Shown one piece after another: positions 53,581-63,851 of a stretch of DNA of 64,000 nucleotides. A program made the position numbers and the translations under genes. The DNA lies in IMG/VR virus record IMGVR_UViG_3300025640_001000; one strand, written 5' to 3'. This stretch comes from a virus. Its lineage: Duplodnaviria > Caudoviricetes. The notes under the pieces were generated by a model that worked only from the letters and a program-made list of their open reading frames with translations, made no database searches and was not told where the DNA came from. Every line of letters starts with the position of its first letter. Within the stretch, counting starts at the first letter, position 1.

Positions 53581-54373
53581 TTATTGTGCATTATATTGTA
53601 TTGGTGATACAAACTCAGAATATTTTGAGAATGGTTTACTTGTCAGTATAAGGTCACTTAGAAAAAGTAATCCAAATATACCAATTGAAATTTTTTATAC
53701 AGATTTAAATAAATCGCAAATAAATAAATTATCAAAATATAATTTGACAAAGATTAATCCAACTGGATTTTCGGAAGGAAGTCGTGACGATCTAGGAACT
53801 GCTATGTTTTTAAGGTTATATTGTGGAATATTACATAAAAAATATAAAAAAATAATTTATTTAGATGGAGATACAATAATATTAGATAATTTAGATAAAC
53901 TTGCAAATTTAAGTGAGTATCCAATTTATGCAAGAAACTGGATAAACTTAGAGCATTTGGAAACCAAGTGGAATGAGAAACTTTTCAATGAATTGAAACT
54001 TTCAACAAATGATTTCAATATAAATTCAGGTGTGCTTGTTATAGATCCAAAATTTATGAATGAAACTAATTTTTGCGATAAAGCAAAAATGCTTGGTAAT
54101 AATATAGGATTTGAAAACTTATATAATCCAGACCAAATCATTATTTATATGTTATGTAAACAATTAAATTGTCTTGGTACATTTGATCTAACATGGAATT
54201 TTATGAAATATAAAGATTTTCAAACCGAAGATTTTGAGTTAAAAATAAATTCGAATAATTTAGTGTGTCCATTTTTATTAAATAAGAACCAATTTGTTAA
54301 CATTGTTCACTATAATTCTACCGAAAAACCCTGGACGACAAATATGACAGAAGAGTATAAACAATTTGTATAG
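53573..54373 (+). CDS. GT8 glycosyltransferase
   Basis: FLRL, IIYLDGDTII, INSGVLVID, DQ and IVHY..KPW; ATG 53573 is preferred over TTG 53561. Confidence 0.85.
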   Translation: MDDYCALYCIGDTNSEYFENGLLVSIRSLRKSNPNIPIEIFYTDLNKSQINKLSKYNLTKINPTGFSEGSRDDLGTAMFLRLYCGILHKKYKKIIYLDGDTIILDNLDKLANLSEYPIYARNWINLEHLETKWNEKLFNELKLSTNDFNINSGVLVIDPKFMNETNFCDKAKMLGNNIGFENLYNPDQIIIYMLCKQLNCLGTFDLTWNFMKYKDFQTEDFELKINSNNLVCPFLLNKNQFVNIVHYNSTEKPWTTNMTEEYKQFV

Positions 54374-54389
54374 TAATATTTATTTTAGA

Positions 54390-55130
54390 ATGAACAATGT
54401 CAAAAAAATATCAATGGTTGTAATGAACTGGTTAAGACCAGAAGTTCTTCAAAATCATATTCTTCCTGATATGACAAAATACGAACTCATTGATGAAATC
54501 ATAATTTCACATGGTCGTGAAGATACTTATTTTGAATTTGACCATCCAAAGATTGTCAATCGTAAAGATTGGGGTGAAATAAATGAATATTATGGTCTTA
54601 GTCGAAGATTTTTGGCTGCATCGGAAGCAAGTAACGAAATAATATTGATGATAGATGATGACGAGTATCCAACTGAGGATGCAGTCAAAAAGATGTATGA
54701 TATTCACACTGAAAATCCAAAAAGGATGATAGGACCATTTGGACAAAATTTAAGATGGGGTAACTACAACTTACATATGAGGTATGGAGATGTGTGTGTT
54801 TTAATAACAAAATGTACAATGTTTGAAAGAAGTTTATGTAATCACTTTTTCAAGCATATGCCAATTATGCGTGAAATTTTAAAAGAAGGTCAACCTTATT
54901 GGAACGGAGAGGATATTTTAATGTCAGCAGTTGCACGATTTCATTATGGGGTTAATAATCTTGGTGTAAAAAATTGTGGTAATATGAATCCCATTGAAGG
55001 TCGTGAAAATAAAAGAAATAGAGCAATTGCGAGTTGGAAAGGGCATCGTGAATATCGTGGCAAAGTAGTGTGGCATTGTGCCCGTTACTTTAATATATGG
55101 CACGAATGGACAGGAGAAAGCAATGAATAA
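54390..55130 (+). CDS. GT64 (EXTL2/exostosin C-terminal, alpha-1,4-HexNAc transferase)-like
   Basis: NWLRP, SRRF, ILMIDDD, WNGEDILMS and GHREYR..C. ATG 54390 follows the ATATTTATT motif at 54376-54384. Confidence 0.7.
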   Translation: MNNVKKISMVVMNWLRPEVLQNHILPDMTKYELIDEIIISHGREDTYFEFDHPKIVNRKDWGEINEYYGLSRRFLAASEASNEIILMIDDDEYPTEDAVKKMYDIHTENPKRMIGPFGQNLRWGNYNLHMRYGDVCVLITKCTMFERSLCNHFFKHMPIMREILKEGQPYWNGEDILMSAVARFHYGVNNLGVKNCGNMNPIEGRENKRNRAIASWKGHREYRGKVVWHCARYFNIWHEWTGESNE

Positions 55131-55809
55131 TCCGTTTGACTTTTTTGATGAAATATACTGCATAAATCTTGAGAGACGAACTGATAGATGGAATCAATGT
55201 CAATCTGAGTTTGATAAAATTGGAATTGCTGATCGTGTAATAAAATTTGATGCTTTTGATAACAAAGAAAATCCCAAGAAGGGTTGTTATGATAGTCATT
55301 TGAGTGTTATCAAGTTAGCATATGAAAGAAAACTAAAAAATGTATTGATCTTTGAGGATGATGTTGCTTTTTTAAAAAAATATGATGATAAAATATTAAG
55401 CAAATCAATTAAAAGTTTAAACGAAACAAATTGGGAATTTTTTTATTTGGGTGGTTTGGAGAGAAGAATTAAACCACGACCAAAATACAACCGTTTATCA
55501 AACGAGTGGCAAGGTGAGTTTAACGAAGAGTATGATTATATAATGGAATGTTCATCGGTAGGTTGGGCGCACTCATTTGCAGTAAATTGTTCAATATTTG
55601 AACGTATTGTGAGTGACTACGACAATAACATTTGGAATGTTCTTGTGGAAAGCCATGACAGTCATCTTGATAGATATTATCAAGAAGTGCTAAAACCGAA
55701 AACTTATGTATGTGTACCTTCACTTACAACACAATACAATTTAGTGAGTGATTTGACACGCACTCGTACAAACCGAAATTTGAGATTAAATCCAACGGAT
55801 AATATCTAA
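55123..55809 (+). CDS. GT25 glycosyltransferase
   Basis: IYCINLERRTDRW, GCYDSH, LIFEDD and FFYLG; SD AGGAG before ATG 55123. Confidence 0.85.
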   Translation: MNNPFDFFDEIYCINLERRTDRWNQCQSEFDKIGIADRVIKFDAFDNKENPKKGCYDSHLSVIKLAYERKLKNVLIFEDDVAFLKKYDDKILSKSIKSLNETNWEFFYLGGLERRIKPRPKYNRLSNEWQGEFNEEYDYIMECSSVGWAHSFAVNCSIFERIVSDYDNNIWNVLVESHDSHLDRYYQEVLKPKTYVCVPSLTTQYNLVSDLTRTRTNRNLRLNPTDNI

Positions 55810-56462
55810 TGAAAAATCCATTTGATTTTTTTGATGAAATTTATTGTATAAATCTTGATCATCGCACAGACAGATGGAAAAATGTGCAGACTGAATTTGA
55901 AAAACTTGGAATTGCAGATAGAGTGAAGAGAATATCTGCGGTTAATCGTGAAGATGTAAAGAAAAAACACGGTGACTTGGTTACACATCTAAGTAATCCT
56001 AAACTTGGCCAACTTGCAGTTACAGAAAGTTCACGTAAATGCATAGAAGATGCAATCAAATGCAATGCAATAAATTGTTTAACATTTCAAGATGATGTTT
56101 GTTTTCGTAATTATGATGCTGATTTTTTTCGTGAAGCATTAAATGAACTTCCTGAGGATTGGGAAACTTTATTTCTTGGGTATGAGTGTTGGAAACGAAG
56201 GCAATTGAAACAAATACACTCAGAAAGACTTTTAAGAATTGAAAAGTTTTGGATGGCACACGCAGTCGCAAACAATGCAAGAGTTTTTGACAGATTATAT
56301 TTAGATATAGATAAAATACCAAATCCACTTGAAAACAGAGAAGGATCGCATGAAGAATTGTTGTGGGACTATAATAATTATGGTTTGAAATATGAACATA
56401 GATTTGCATTTCAAGTGGACAATGAAAATGATAGTGATATTAATGACGGAAAAATTTTATGA
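55809..56462 (+). CDS. GT25 glycosyltransferase (tandem paralogue)
   Basis: NPFDFFDEIYCINLDHRTDRW, TFQDD and LPEDWETLFLG. Confidence 0.8.
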   Translation: MKNPFDFFDEIYCINLDHRTDRWKNVQTEFEKLGIADRVKRISAVNREDVKKKHGDLVTHLSNPKLGQLAVTESSRKCIEDAIKCNAINCLTFQDDVCFRNYDADFFREALNELPEDWETLFLGYECWKRRQLKQIHSERLLRIEKFWMAHAVANNARVFDRLYLDIDKIPNPLENREGSHEELLWDYNNYGLKYEHRFAFQVDNENDSDINDGKIL

Positions 56463-57274
56463 AAATAGTAAGTGCGTGTAATTTTGGATATTTGCCATTA
56501 ACATTAAATTGGTTAAAATCATTAGAACTTCTTGGTTTACAAGAAAATGTATTATTGTATTCACTTGATAAAAAAGTGCAAGAAGCATTAAATGAAAAGG
56601 GAGTAGAAAATATATTATGGGAGACTACCAAGTTTTCAGACATTCCAGAAGAGCATAACTCAATTCATTCAGATGCTTGGGCAGACATTGTATTTAGAAA
56701 AATAGAGTTAGTAAATGCGACATTGAAATCCGGTGAAGATGTATTTTTCACGGATTCCGACATTATCTTTAAAAAGAATCCTATTGAACACTTGGAAGGG
56801 ATTACCAAGAATTTGGACATGGTTATTCAATGTGAAGGACATCCCACTCGTAATCCACTTGCTTGTAGTGGTGTTTATTATGCCAAAAGTTGCGAATCAA
56901 CAATCAGTTTAACAACGGTTGACCTAGAGTATATGGAATGTGTGGCAAACAGACTTGTAGGACTACGTAGAACTCCATTTAAGTTTGATTGCGACCAAGG
57001 GTACTTAAATGCAAGATTGGGATTAAAACCACGCACTTGGAAGTTTAACAAGATGTTTGCAGATGAAGAAGTTCGTTTAGACGTAATGTCTGAACCACAC
57101 ACCAAGTTTGATTTTCTGTCAAGAGATGAATTTCCAACTGGTGATTATTGGTTGGACAATCAAGAACGAGTCAAGGATAGATGTTATTTGATTCACTACA
57201 ATAGTCATCGTCTTCAGGGACCAATGGAGAACAAGATAAATCAAATGAAGAAGGATGGTAATTGGTTGATATGA
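56459..57274 (+). CDS. nucleotide-diphospho-sugar transferase (GT77-like)
   Basis: LTLNW, VFFTDSDIIFKKNP, CSGVYYAKS, DQGYLN and LIHYN. Confidence 0.8.
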   Translation: MKIVSACNFGYLPLTLNWLKSLELLGLQENVLLYSLDKKVQEALNEKGVENILWETTKFSDIPEEHNSIHSDAWADIVFRKIELVNATLKSGEDVFFTDSDIIFKKNPIEHLEGITKNLDMVIQCEGHPTRNPLACSGVYYAKSCESTISLTTVDLEYMECVANRLVGLRRTPFKFDCDQGYLNARLGLKPRTWKFNKMFADEEVRLDVMSEPHTKFDFLSRDEFPTGDYWLDNQERVKDRCYLIHYNSHRLQGPMENKINQMKKDGNWLI

Positions 57275-58029
57275 AAATAAAAAACAACATAACAAATTCA
57301 TATCCAATCGCATTCCATTTAAATGGTGGATTTGAAAATTGCAAAGTTGGTTACGATTTGTTTGACGATGAAACAATAAACAATTGGAATTGGAATTCAA
57401 CAGAAGAATTGAGGGATGACGTGACTTTGTGTTTTGCAAAGTGGGGTGACGAATCCAAGTTTGTATGTACCTTGGATGAGAACTTAAAAAGATTCAATAT
57501 GTCTTATCTGAATATTGGAGAAAACTTCGATCCAACTAACTTCTCGTATGATGAATCAAGAGTACGCAAACCACATTTGTTGCATGAAAATTTAAATGAA
57601 ATTACCACGAAATATATCATGGGGTGGGATGTTGACGTATTTTTTACGGAACATCCAAATCACGTAGTTGAGAGATTTGAAAACGAGTTTGATTGTGAAT
57701 GGTTGTTTAACGCAGAGAATACTTGCTTTCCAATGACTCGTCCACGGAAACAGGCAATGGGTCTTTATAGAAAGTGGAAGGAACACAATGATCTTGTTGG
57801 TGAATCTCCGTTCAAATATTTGAATTCCGGATTGTTCATTGCAAAGGTTGATTTCTTCAGAGAGATTTTTGAAGATATAATAAACACACCATTGTTTGAA
57901 GATCAAACTGATCAAGGTCAGTTTCATCAAATTTATAGAAAGTATTTTCCACGAATGCAAATTGATTATGGTTGCAGAATTTTTCAGTCTTTGTATAAGT
58001 TAGATGAAAATTGTTTGGAGGTGATATAA
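57271..58029 (+). CDS. PLOD/LH3-type glycosyltransferase domain, apparently circularly permuted
   Basis: WDVDVF, FNAENTCFP, YLNSGLFI, DQ and IDYGCRIFQSL; NNITNSYPIAFHLNG is at the N-terminus. ATGA overlap with the upstream stop. Confidence 0.7.
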   Translation: MKIKNNITNSYPIAFHLNGGFENCKVGYDLFDDETINNWNWNSTEELRDDVTLCFAKWGDESKFVCTLDENLKRFNMSYLNIGENFDPTNFSYDESRVRKPHLLHENLNEITTKYIMGWDVDVFFTEHPNHVVERFENEFDCEWLFNAENTCFPMTRPRKQAMGLYRKWKEHNDLVGESPFKYLNSGLFIAKVDFFREIFEDIINTPLFEDQTDQGQFHQIYRKYFPRMQIDYGCRIFQSLYKLDENCLEVI

Positions 58030-58031
58030 AA

Positions 58032-59084
58032 ATGAAATATTTGACTATTACTAATGAAATCTCCACACCGGGTCGAAGGTATATAAAAGCAAACCACGGA
58101 CATCAGCTTAAAGATTGGATTGGTGGTCTTGTAATTTCTAAATTGCTTAAGTTAGAATATGTCCACACACCCTACGAATATTTAGATTTTTTTACAACTG
58201 ATCAGTATGATTTGCAAATACATGATATGAAAAATCTTGATACACTGGATTTCAGTGACTTCTTGCAAAATAAACACGGAAGACATATAAATCAAATTTG
58301 GGGTCAATACCACGGCCACTATGTAGATCAAATAAACTTGCTCAGATGTGATGAACTTAATAAAATTTCAGATAATATTGTACTAAAAATAAATAACGGA
58401 TCAAAAAAATGTAAAATTAAATCTGGATTCAAAAACATGAGGGTGTATAGAATGCAACCCTGTGTAGTAAACCAATGGTTTCGTAATAAATTTATTTCAC
58501 ATAATATATTGGATGAAATAATAGATGAATTGACAAATAAATTTAAAAAATATCATAAAAACTACAAAAGTTATTATGACACGGATAAAGTAAATGTTGC
58601 TGTTCATATTGGGCGTGGGGTTGACTATAATGATGAGTGGTTATTAAACCAACCATCTTTCGTGGAACGTCATATGTTTAGTTTGAAGTATTTTGAAACC
58701 ATTTTTAATCAACTTCGTGTAATTTACGGAGATAAAATTATTTTTCACATTTATACTGAAGAAAATAATTCAGAGGAAATAGTATCTAAATTTTGTAATA
58801 AAAAAGATATAAAATTACATATTGGAAATAACAGAACTGATTTAAAATATAATCTAGTACACGATATTTTCTATCATTTTGTAATGAGTGACATATTAAT
58901 ACCTTGTAATAGTGCGTTTAGTGTCGTTGCTTCTTATTACAGAAAGAACAAAATAACTATTTATCATCCACATGAACATTTATTTGGTATGCCAAAAAAA
59001 AATGGATACATTCCAACATCGGAAGATGGAATATTTGATACTAAATTTGTTAGCAACTACACAAAGGAATGTGGTTATGGGTAA
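58032..59084 (+). CDS. fucosyltransferase-like (GT11-like) protein
   Basis: GHQL, VAVHIGRG, FHIYTE and FYHFVMSDILI..SAFS; SD GGAGG upstream. Confidence 0.6.
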   Translation: MKYLTITNEISTPGRRYIKANHGHQLKDWIGGLVISKLLKLEYVHTPYEYLDFFTTDQYDLQIHDMKNLDTLDFSDFLQNKHGRHINQIWGQYHGHYVDQINLLRCDELNKISDNIVLKINNGSKKCKIKSGFKNMRVYRMQPCVVNQWFRNKFISHNILDEIIDELTNKFKKYHKNYKSYYDTDKVNVAVHIGRGVDYNDEWLLNQPSFVERHMFSLKYFETIFNQLRVIYGDKIIFHIYTEENNSEEIVSKFCNKKDIKLHIGNNRTDLKYNLVHDIFYHFVMSDILIPCNSAFSVVASYYRKNKITIYHPHEHLFGMPKKNGYIPTSEDGIFDTKFVSNYTKECGYG

Positions 59085-59802
59085 TTTACACATCTGCTTT
59101 TGTGGTGATGAATCTGTCGTAAATAAATACACTACGGTTATTAACTCCATCCAAAAAAAGAATTCGCACCATACTATTAATATTCATTTTATCCGTCCGT
59201 TTGATTCATGTGAAGATTACGAAGAATTAAAAAAACACGTTGCTTCATTTGACAATCTTAACTTATTTGAATATCATAAAACTTGGGAAAGTAATTATAA
59301 TGGAATGGAACATATAGAAAGTTCTGCTACAATGATAAGATTGTATATTCCTGAATTACTAAATGTTGACAAAGTAATTTATTTGGACATGGATTTAATT
59401 GTAAACATGGATTTACAAACATTATACGAAATAGATTGTGAAGAACATGGAATTGCGATGGCAAATCATATGGACACACCGAGACGTGATAGAAGAAGAT
59501 TAGGTTTGGGAAAAAAATTATCGGGTAATGCAGGTGTAATGGTGCTTGATTTAAATCGTCTTCGTGAAAATGATTTTACAAACAAGTGCTTAGAATATAA
59601 TAAAACACACGGAGGCAATGACCAATGTGCAATCAACTGGTATTGTCGTGGAACACACAAAATACTTGAAGTAAAGTATAATTTATTTTACGCAGATAAT
59701 GGTTATTTGATAAATACCTTAGAAGATTATATTTTCCACTGGGCAGGTCCATATAAACCTTGGCATGATAAAATTGACAAATATGATTTTTTGTGGGAAT
59801 AA
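59077..59802 (+). CDS. GT8 glycosyltransferase
   Basis: RLYIPELL, VIYLDMDLIV, NAGVMVLDL, DQCAIN and FHWAGPYKPW. Confidence 0.88.
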   Translation: MGNLHICFCGDESVVNKYTTVINSIQKKNSHHTINIHFIRPFDSCEDYEELKKHVASFDNLNLFEYHKTWESNYNGMEHIESSATMIRLYIPELLNVDKVIYLDMDLIVNMDLQTLYEIDCEEHGIAMANHMDTPRRDRRRLGLGKKLSGNAGVMVLDLNRLRENDFTNKCLEYNKTHGGNDQCAINWYCRGTHKILEVKYNLFYADNGYLINTLEDYIFHWAGPYKPWHDKIDKYDFLWE

Positions 59803-59815
59803 ATTATAAAAATAA

Positions 59816-59824
59816 ATATTTATA
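59816..59824 (+). promoter_or_regulatory. putative late-promoter motif ATATTTATA, followed by SD AAGGAG
   Basis: Intergenic before ATG 59840. Confidence 0.45.
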
Positions 59825-59839
59825 AAAAAGGAGAATTTT

Positions 59840-60460
59840 ATGAGTGATAAAAATGAAAATATGGTATTGATTATTGGTGATTCAATTGCAAGGCATTACT
59901 ATCCGTTTGCCGAAGAACATCTTAAAAATAAAAACGTAGAAGCAGTAACATCAGTAAAATGGGTGTCGTGCCAATGGAAGCAACTGAGATTTCTTGAAAA
60001 AAATTGCAAACCAAAACGTCGTGGGTGTGATATTCCGGCTGCTTATTGTCATTTTAATTTTGGATTGCATAGTATTAAACTTCCAAGCAAGGGACATGAT
60101 CCAGAACATCAACGTGCAAAACCTGAAGAATTTGAAATTTATGAAAAAGAGTTGGTAGAGCAAATTGAAACTTTGTGGAGTTATTCAATAAAACCATTAT
60201 TTTCAAATACTACACCAAATCCAAAAAATGCCGCCACTCGCAATGATGCGGATGTTGCGATACTCAATGAGATTGCTAAAAAGGTATGTAACGAAAAGGG
60301 TATACCACACAATGATTTATATTCATTCGTAAAATCTCAAGAAGATTATCCAAGATTGTATTTACATCCACGTGCAGAAAATAATTGTCACTTTGATACA
60401 CACGGAAGAAACATTATTGGTGAAAACATTGCGGAATTTATATTGGATAACATGGAGTAA
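59840..60460 (+). CDS. SGNH/GDSL hydrolase (possible sugar O-acetyl esterase or transferase)
   Basis: Block I IIGDSI, block III FNFGLH and block V NNCHF. Confidence 0.75.
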   Translation: MSDKNENMVLIIGDSIARHYYPFAEEHLKNKNVEAVTSVKWVSCQWKQLRFLEKNCKPKRRGCDIPAAYCHFNFGLHSIKLPSKGHDPEHQRAKPEEFEIYEKELVEQIETLWSYSIKPLFSNTTPNPKNAATRNDADVAILNEIAKKVCNEKGIPHNDLYSFVKSQEDYPRLYLHPRAENNCHFDTHGRNIIGENIAEFILDNME

Positions 60461-60464
60461 TTTC

Positions 60465-61145
60465 TTGGAAAAGAAAATTATATTTGTAGGTTTTAATAAA
60501 ACTGCAACGACAAGTATTCATTCTACACTTAAACAAAATGGTATAGATAGCAAGCACCGTGCGGGTGTTTGGCGTTTCAAGAACCGATACAATAAACTGA
60601 AACAAGTTGTGACAAGAAGAGATGCCGTGAGTGACTGGGGTGACACTCATGTTTCAATTGAAGTTCTTTTGAGATTAAATTCTGACTTTGACAATTTATT
60701 GTTTGTGTTGAATACACGGAATTTAGAAAACTGGATCAAGTCAAGATTTAAGCATTATTATTTTAATAAGTCGTGGGATTTTGATAATAGAGAAGTCGGT
60801 CTTGATGATATATGTTTAGAAAATGCTCAAAAATTTATACGTCACCGCAATGAGTTTTATCTTAAATGTTGTGAGTCGTTTGATAAAAATAATTTCATTC
60901 TACTTGATATTGATAAAGATAATTTTTATGACCACATATCTTCCAAAATCAATTTAAAATTAAATAAGATAGATTCTAGGAAAAATGTAAGACCCATATC
61001 AAAACTTGATCAAAATTTTAGTGAAAAATACAATAAAGTTAAAAATGAACTGTTGGAACACTACAATGAAGTAACATTAAATAATGTGCTTACTACAAAC
61101 GACTGCACCAATCAAAAACTAATGCAGTTTGAAAATAATATATAA
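60465..61145 (+). CDS. sulfotransferase-family P-loop protein
   Basis: IIFVGFNKTATTSI and FVLNTRNLENWIKSR; probable TTG start at 60465 after GGAG. Confidence 0.7.
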   Translation: MEKKIIFVGFNKTATTSIHSTLKQNGIDSKHRAGVWRFKNRYNKLKQVVTRRDAVSDWGDTHVSIEVLLRLNSDFDNLLFVLNTRNLENWIKSRFKHYYFNKSWDFDNREVGLDDICLENAQKFIRHRNEFYLKCCESFDKNNFILLDIDKDNFYDHISSKINLKLNKIDSRKNVRPISKLDQNFSEKYNKVKNELLEHYNEVTLNNVLTTNDCTNQKLMQFENNI

Positions 61146-61829
61146 ATGAAACAGAATTTAATAAATGATTTGATTGATAAATTTGTATTGCTTAAAACAA
61201 ATAGTGATTATCGTGTGTACGATTTGGTAACTCGGTACGGTGCCAGGTGGAGAGAAAGTAAACACGAAATAAAAACAAATCCAATTTATTCAGATACAAT
61301 ATTATTTAAGTATTTTAAAAGACGGGGTAAACGTGGCAAACTTGATATAAATTTATTATTGAATACAATAATAGAACATAGAGATGAAAAAAAATATAAA
61401 ATACCAAATGAAGACGAGTTGGTATTTCACTTGAGATTGGGTGATCATGCGTATCATAATAACTTTTTATCCAAAGATTATGTTGGTTTAATAAAAAACA
61501 TAGTAAAAGATAATAATATAAGAAAAATAACCTTTGTCGGAGCATTTGCTTATCAGGTGTGGTCAGAAGATACAATGAACATTAAACCTAAAGATTGTCC
61601 TACTTGGGAGTACACCGATGAAATACAACAAAGAAACATAAATGGATTAAGACGGGTATTTGGGGATATTTTAGACAATTTTGATTTACCGATTGAAATA
61701 TATTCAAATTTAGATATTGATAAAGATATATGCTATTGTGTATCTGCGAAGCATTTTATATGTGATGTTGGAAATTTAGGAGGTTTGATGAAAAAACTAG
61801 GGATTTTAAATCAGGAAAATACAAAGTGA
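61146..61829 (+). CDS. fucosyltransferase-like (HLRxGD motif) protein
   Basis: ELVFHLRLGD and DKDICYCVSAKHFI..GNLG. Confidence 0.5.
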   Translation: MKQNLINDLIDKFVLLKTNSDYRVYDLVTRYGARWRESKHEIKTNPIYSDTILFKYFKRRGKRGKLDINLLLNTIIEHRDEKKYKIPNEDELVFHLRLGDHAYHNNFLSKDYVGLIKNIVKDNNIRKITFVGAFAYQVWSEDTMNIKPKDCPTWEYTDEIQQRNINGLRRVFGDILDNFDLPIEIYSNLDIDKDICYCVSAKHFICDVGNLGGLMKKLGILNQENTK

Positions 61830-63151
61830 GCAATCAGAATCCATTTGATTATTTCGATAAAATAGTTTGCATTTGTGCTAAGACAGAGTCAACACGATGG
61901 AACTCCATTCAAAGTGTTTTTGAAAAACTAAATATTAAAAAAAGAGTTGAAAGGTTTGACGAAGTAATAGATTCCGATAAATTAAAAAACGAATTCAACT
62001 CCGATGAATTTAGTAAAACTGATTATTGTCATTACAAAATAATTGAAACTGCTAAAAAAGAAAAATTAAATAACATTTTTATATTTGAAAGTGATGTTGA
62101 AATAAATGAAGATTTAGTGGATATAGAACTTTCTATTTCTCAGTTAGAAAACGTAGATTGGTCTTTATTTTTTCTAGGAGGAGTTCCACATAATGTTTTA
62201 AATGTGCATACTGAACATTTATTAAATGGAACAATGTGCCAGGCACATTCATATGCGGTTAACGGGAAATATTTTGATGATGTTTTGAATAAATTATTAT
62301 CAGAGAAAGTTGCAATAGACCAAGTATATAAACGAGATCAAAAAAATGAAATAGGTGAAAAGTCTTATTTCTCAGGCAAATGTTTTTTCGTACAAAAATT
62401 AGACGAAGATATTCCGAGAGCAGAACTTCCTCATAGAAAACTAATATCTGAGTTTAAGTACAATTCTATCGTCAAAGATGTAATTGATTTATATAATAAA
62501 AATATAGCATGGGTAGTTAGTGATACCGGTAAAGGAAAACTTCATAGAATGATTCGTAGTAATTTTGTAGAATCATTAAAACGAAATAAAATAAATACTA
62601 CTCCTGCTTTTGTAAGAATTAAAGATTTACCAGAGAATTATGGAAAACGAAAGTTTACAATGATACGAGACGAACTTTCACAAAATAAAATTTGCTTTTT
62701 TTCAGATACAAAGGTAGTGTTTTTAAAAAACTGCTTAGATGAATTGTTTTCTTATTTGAATGAATATGATTTAATAATTATGGCAGATGGTGGTCATTTA
62801 CCTGCATATGAATTTGAAAAAAATATTTTAAATTTTAATGTATGCATAGCAAAACCCACAGATTATATAAAATCATTGTTTTGGCCAAGAGGTTATGGTG
62901 AACCGGTTTTAAATGATTTACGTGAAGATGTATCTATTTTTAATGACAAGTTAAACTATAAAAAGAAATTTACACATAATACTAAAATAAAAATTTTAGA
63001 TTCATCTGAGTATTGTATGCTAGATTCATATAATGCAAGTGGTGATGAAAAAATAATTAACTTTGCAACAGAAGATTTGTTTGATAAGCATCCACGTACT
63101 ATCATAAAATCATTTAAGCAAGCAAACTGTTGGTTTATCGAGGATGAATGA
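61826..63151 (+). CDS. GT25-like plus GT77-like fusion glycosyltransferase
   Basis: N-half: NPFDYFDKIVCI..RW, HYKII, IFIFESD, FFLGG. C-half: FFSDTKVVFLKN, LNFNVC, EDVSIFN. Confidence 0.6.
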   Translation: MSNQNPFDYFDKIVCICAKTESTRWNSIQSVFEKLNIKKRVERFDEVIDSDKLKNEFNSDEFSKTDYCHYKIIETAKKEKLNNIFIFESDVEINEDLVDIELSISQLENVDWSLFFLGGVPHNVLNVHTEHLLNGTMCQAHSYAVNGKYFDDVLNKLLSEKVAIDQVYKRDQKNEIGEKSYFSGKCFFVQKLDEDIPRAELPHRKLISEFKYNSIVKDVIDLYNKNIAWVVSDTGKGKLHRMIRSNFVESLKRNKINTTPAFVRIKDLPENYGKRKFTMIRDELSQNKICFFSDTKVVFLKNCLDELFSYLNEYDLIIMADGGHLPAYEFEKNILNFNVCIAKPTDYIKSLFWPRGYGEPVLNDLREDVSIFNDKLNYKKKFTHNTKIKILDSSEYCMLDSYNASGDEKIINFATEDLFDKHPRTIIKSFKQANCWFIEDE

Positions 63152-63851
63152 TTTTAAAATAATTTCATTTTGTAGTTTTGATTACATTGAAGTTGCAAAG
63201 AACTGGGTACAGTATCTATCCAACTATAATATTGAAAATTATGTAATAGTAGCAATGGACACAGAAACCTACAATCATCTACTAGAGCAAGAAATTAATA
63301 CAAAACTTGTACATGGAGAAATACTAAAACGGTCGGGAACTGGATGGAAGTTTCGTTTTCAAACAATGTATGAAATGCTAAAAGATGGAAATATCCTTCA
63401 TTGTGACTTGGATGCCATTTGGTTAAAAGATGCTCGTAATTTACTTGATGATGAACATGATATAATTGCATCAAAAGATGACGGTGGGTGGCCACCAAAA
63501 GCATACGAACATTTAAATTTCACGATGTGCATGGGTTGGATATTTTTCAGAAGCAATGATAATGTTAAGAATATATTTGAAAAAATTCTTCAAAAAGAAT
63601 CTGACTTTGATGATCAGCAAGAATTTAATGAGTATATTGTTGATAATTTAAAAAGTAACAATATTTATTATAAAAATGAAAACGAGAGAATTTTAAAGGT
63701 TGATGATGTAAAAATACGTGTTTTAAATGAAACGGATGTATTTCGTGGAAATTACAACGAAGCATCTTATGTTTGTCATCCGTTAATAAAAAAACAAGCA
63801 AATAAACAAGTTCAACTGAAAAAGAGAGGACTTTGGTACAATGAGAAATAG
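63144..63851 (+). CDS. nucleotide-diphospho-sugar transferase (GT77-like)
   Basis: AKNW, ILHCDLDAIWLKD, CMGWIFFRS and DDQQEFN. Confidence 0.8.
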   Translation: MNDFKIISFCSFDYIEVAKNWVQYLSNYNIENYVIVAMDTETYNHLLEQEINTKLVHGEILKRSGTGWKFRFQTMYEMLKDGNILHCDLDAIWLKDARNLLDDEHDIIASKDDGGWPPKAYEHLNFTMCMGWIFFRSNDNVKNIFEKILQKESDFDDQQEFNEYIVDNLKSNNIYYKNENERILKVDDVKIRVLNETDVFRGNYNEASYVCHPLIKKQANKQVQLKKRGLWYNEK

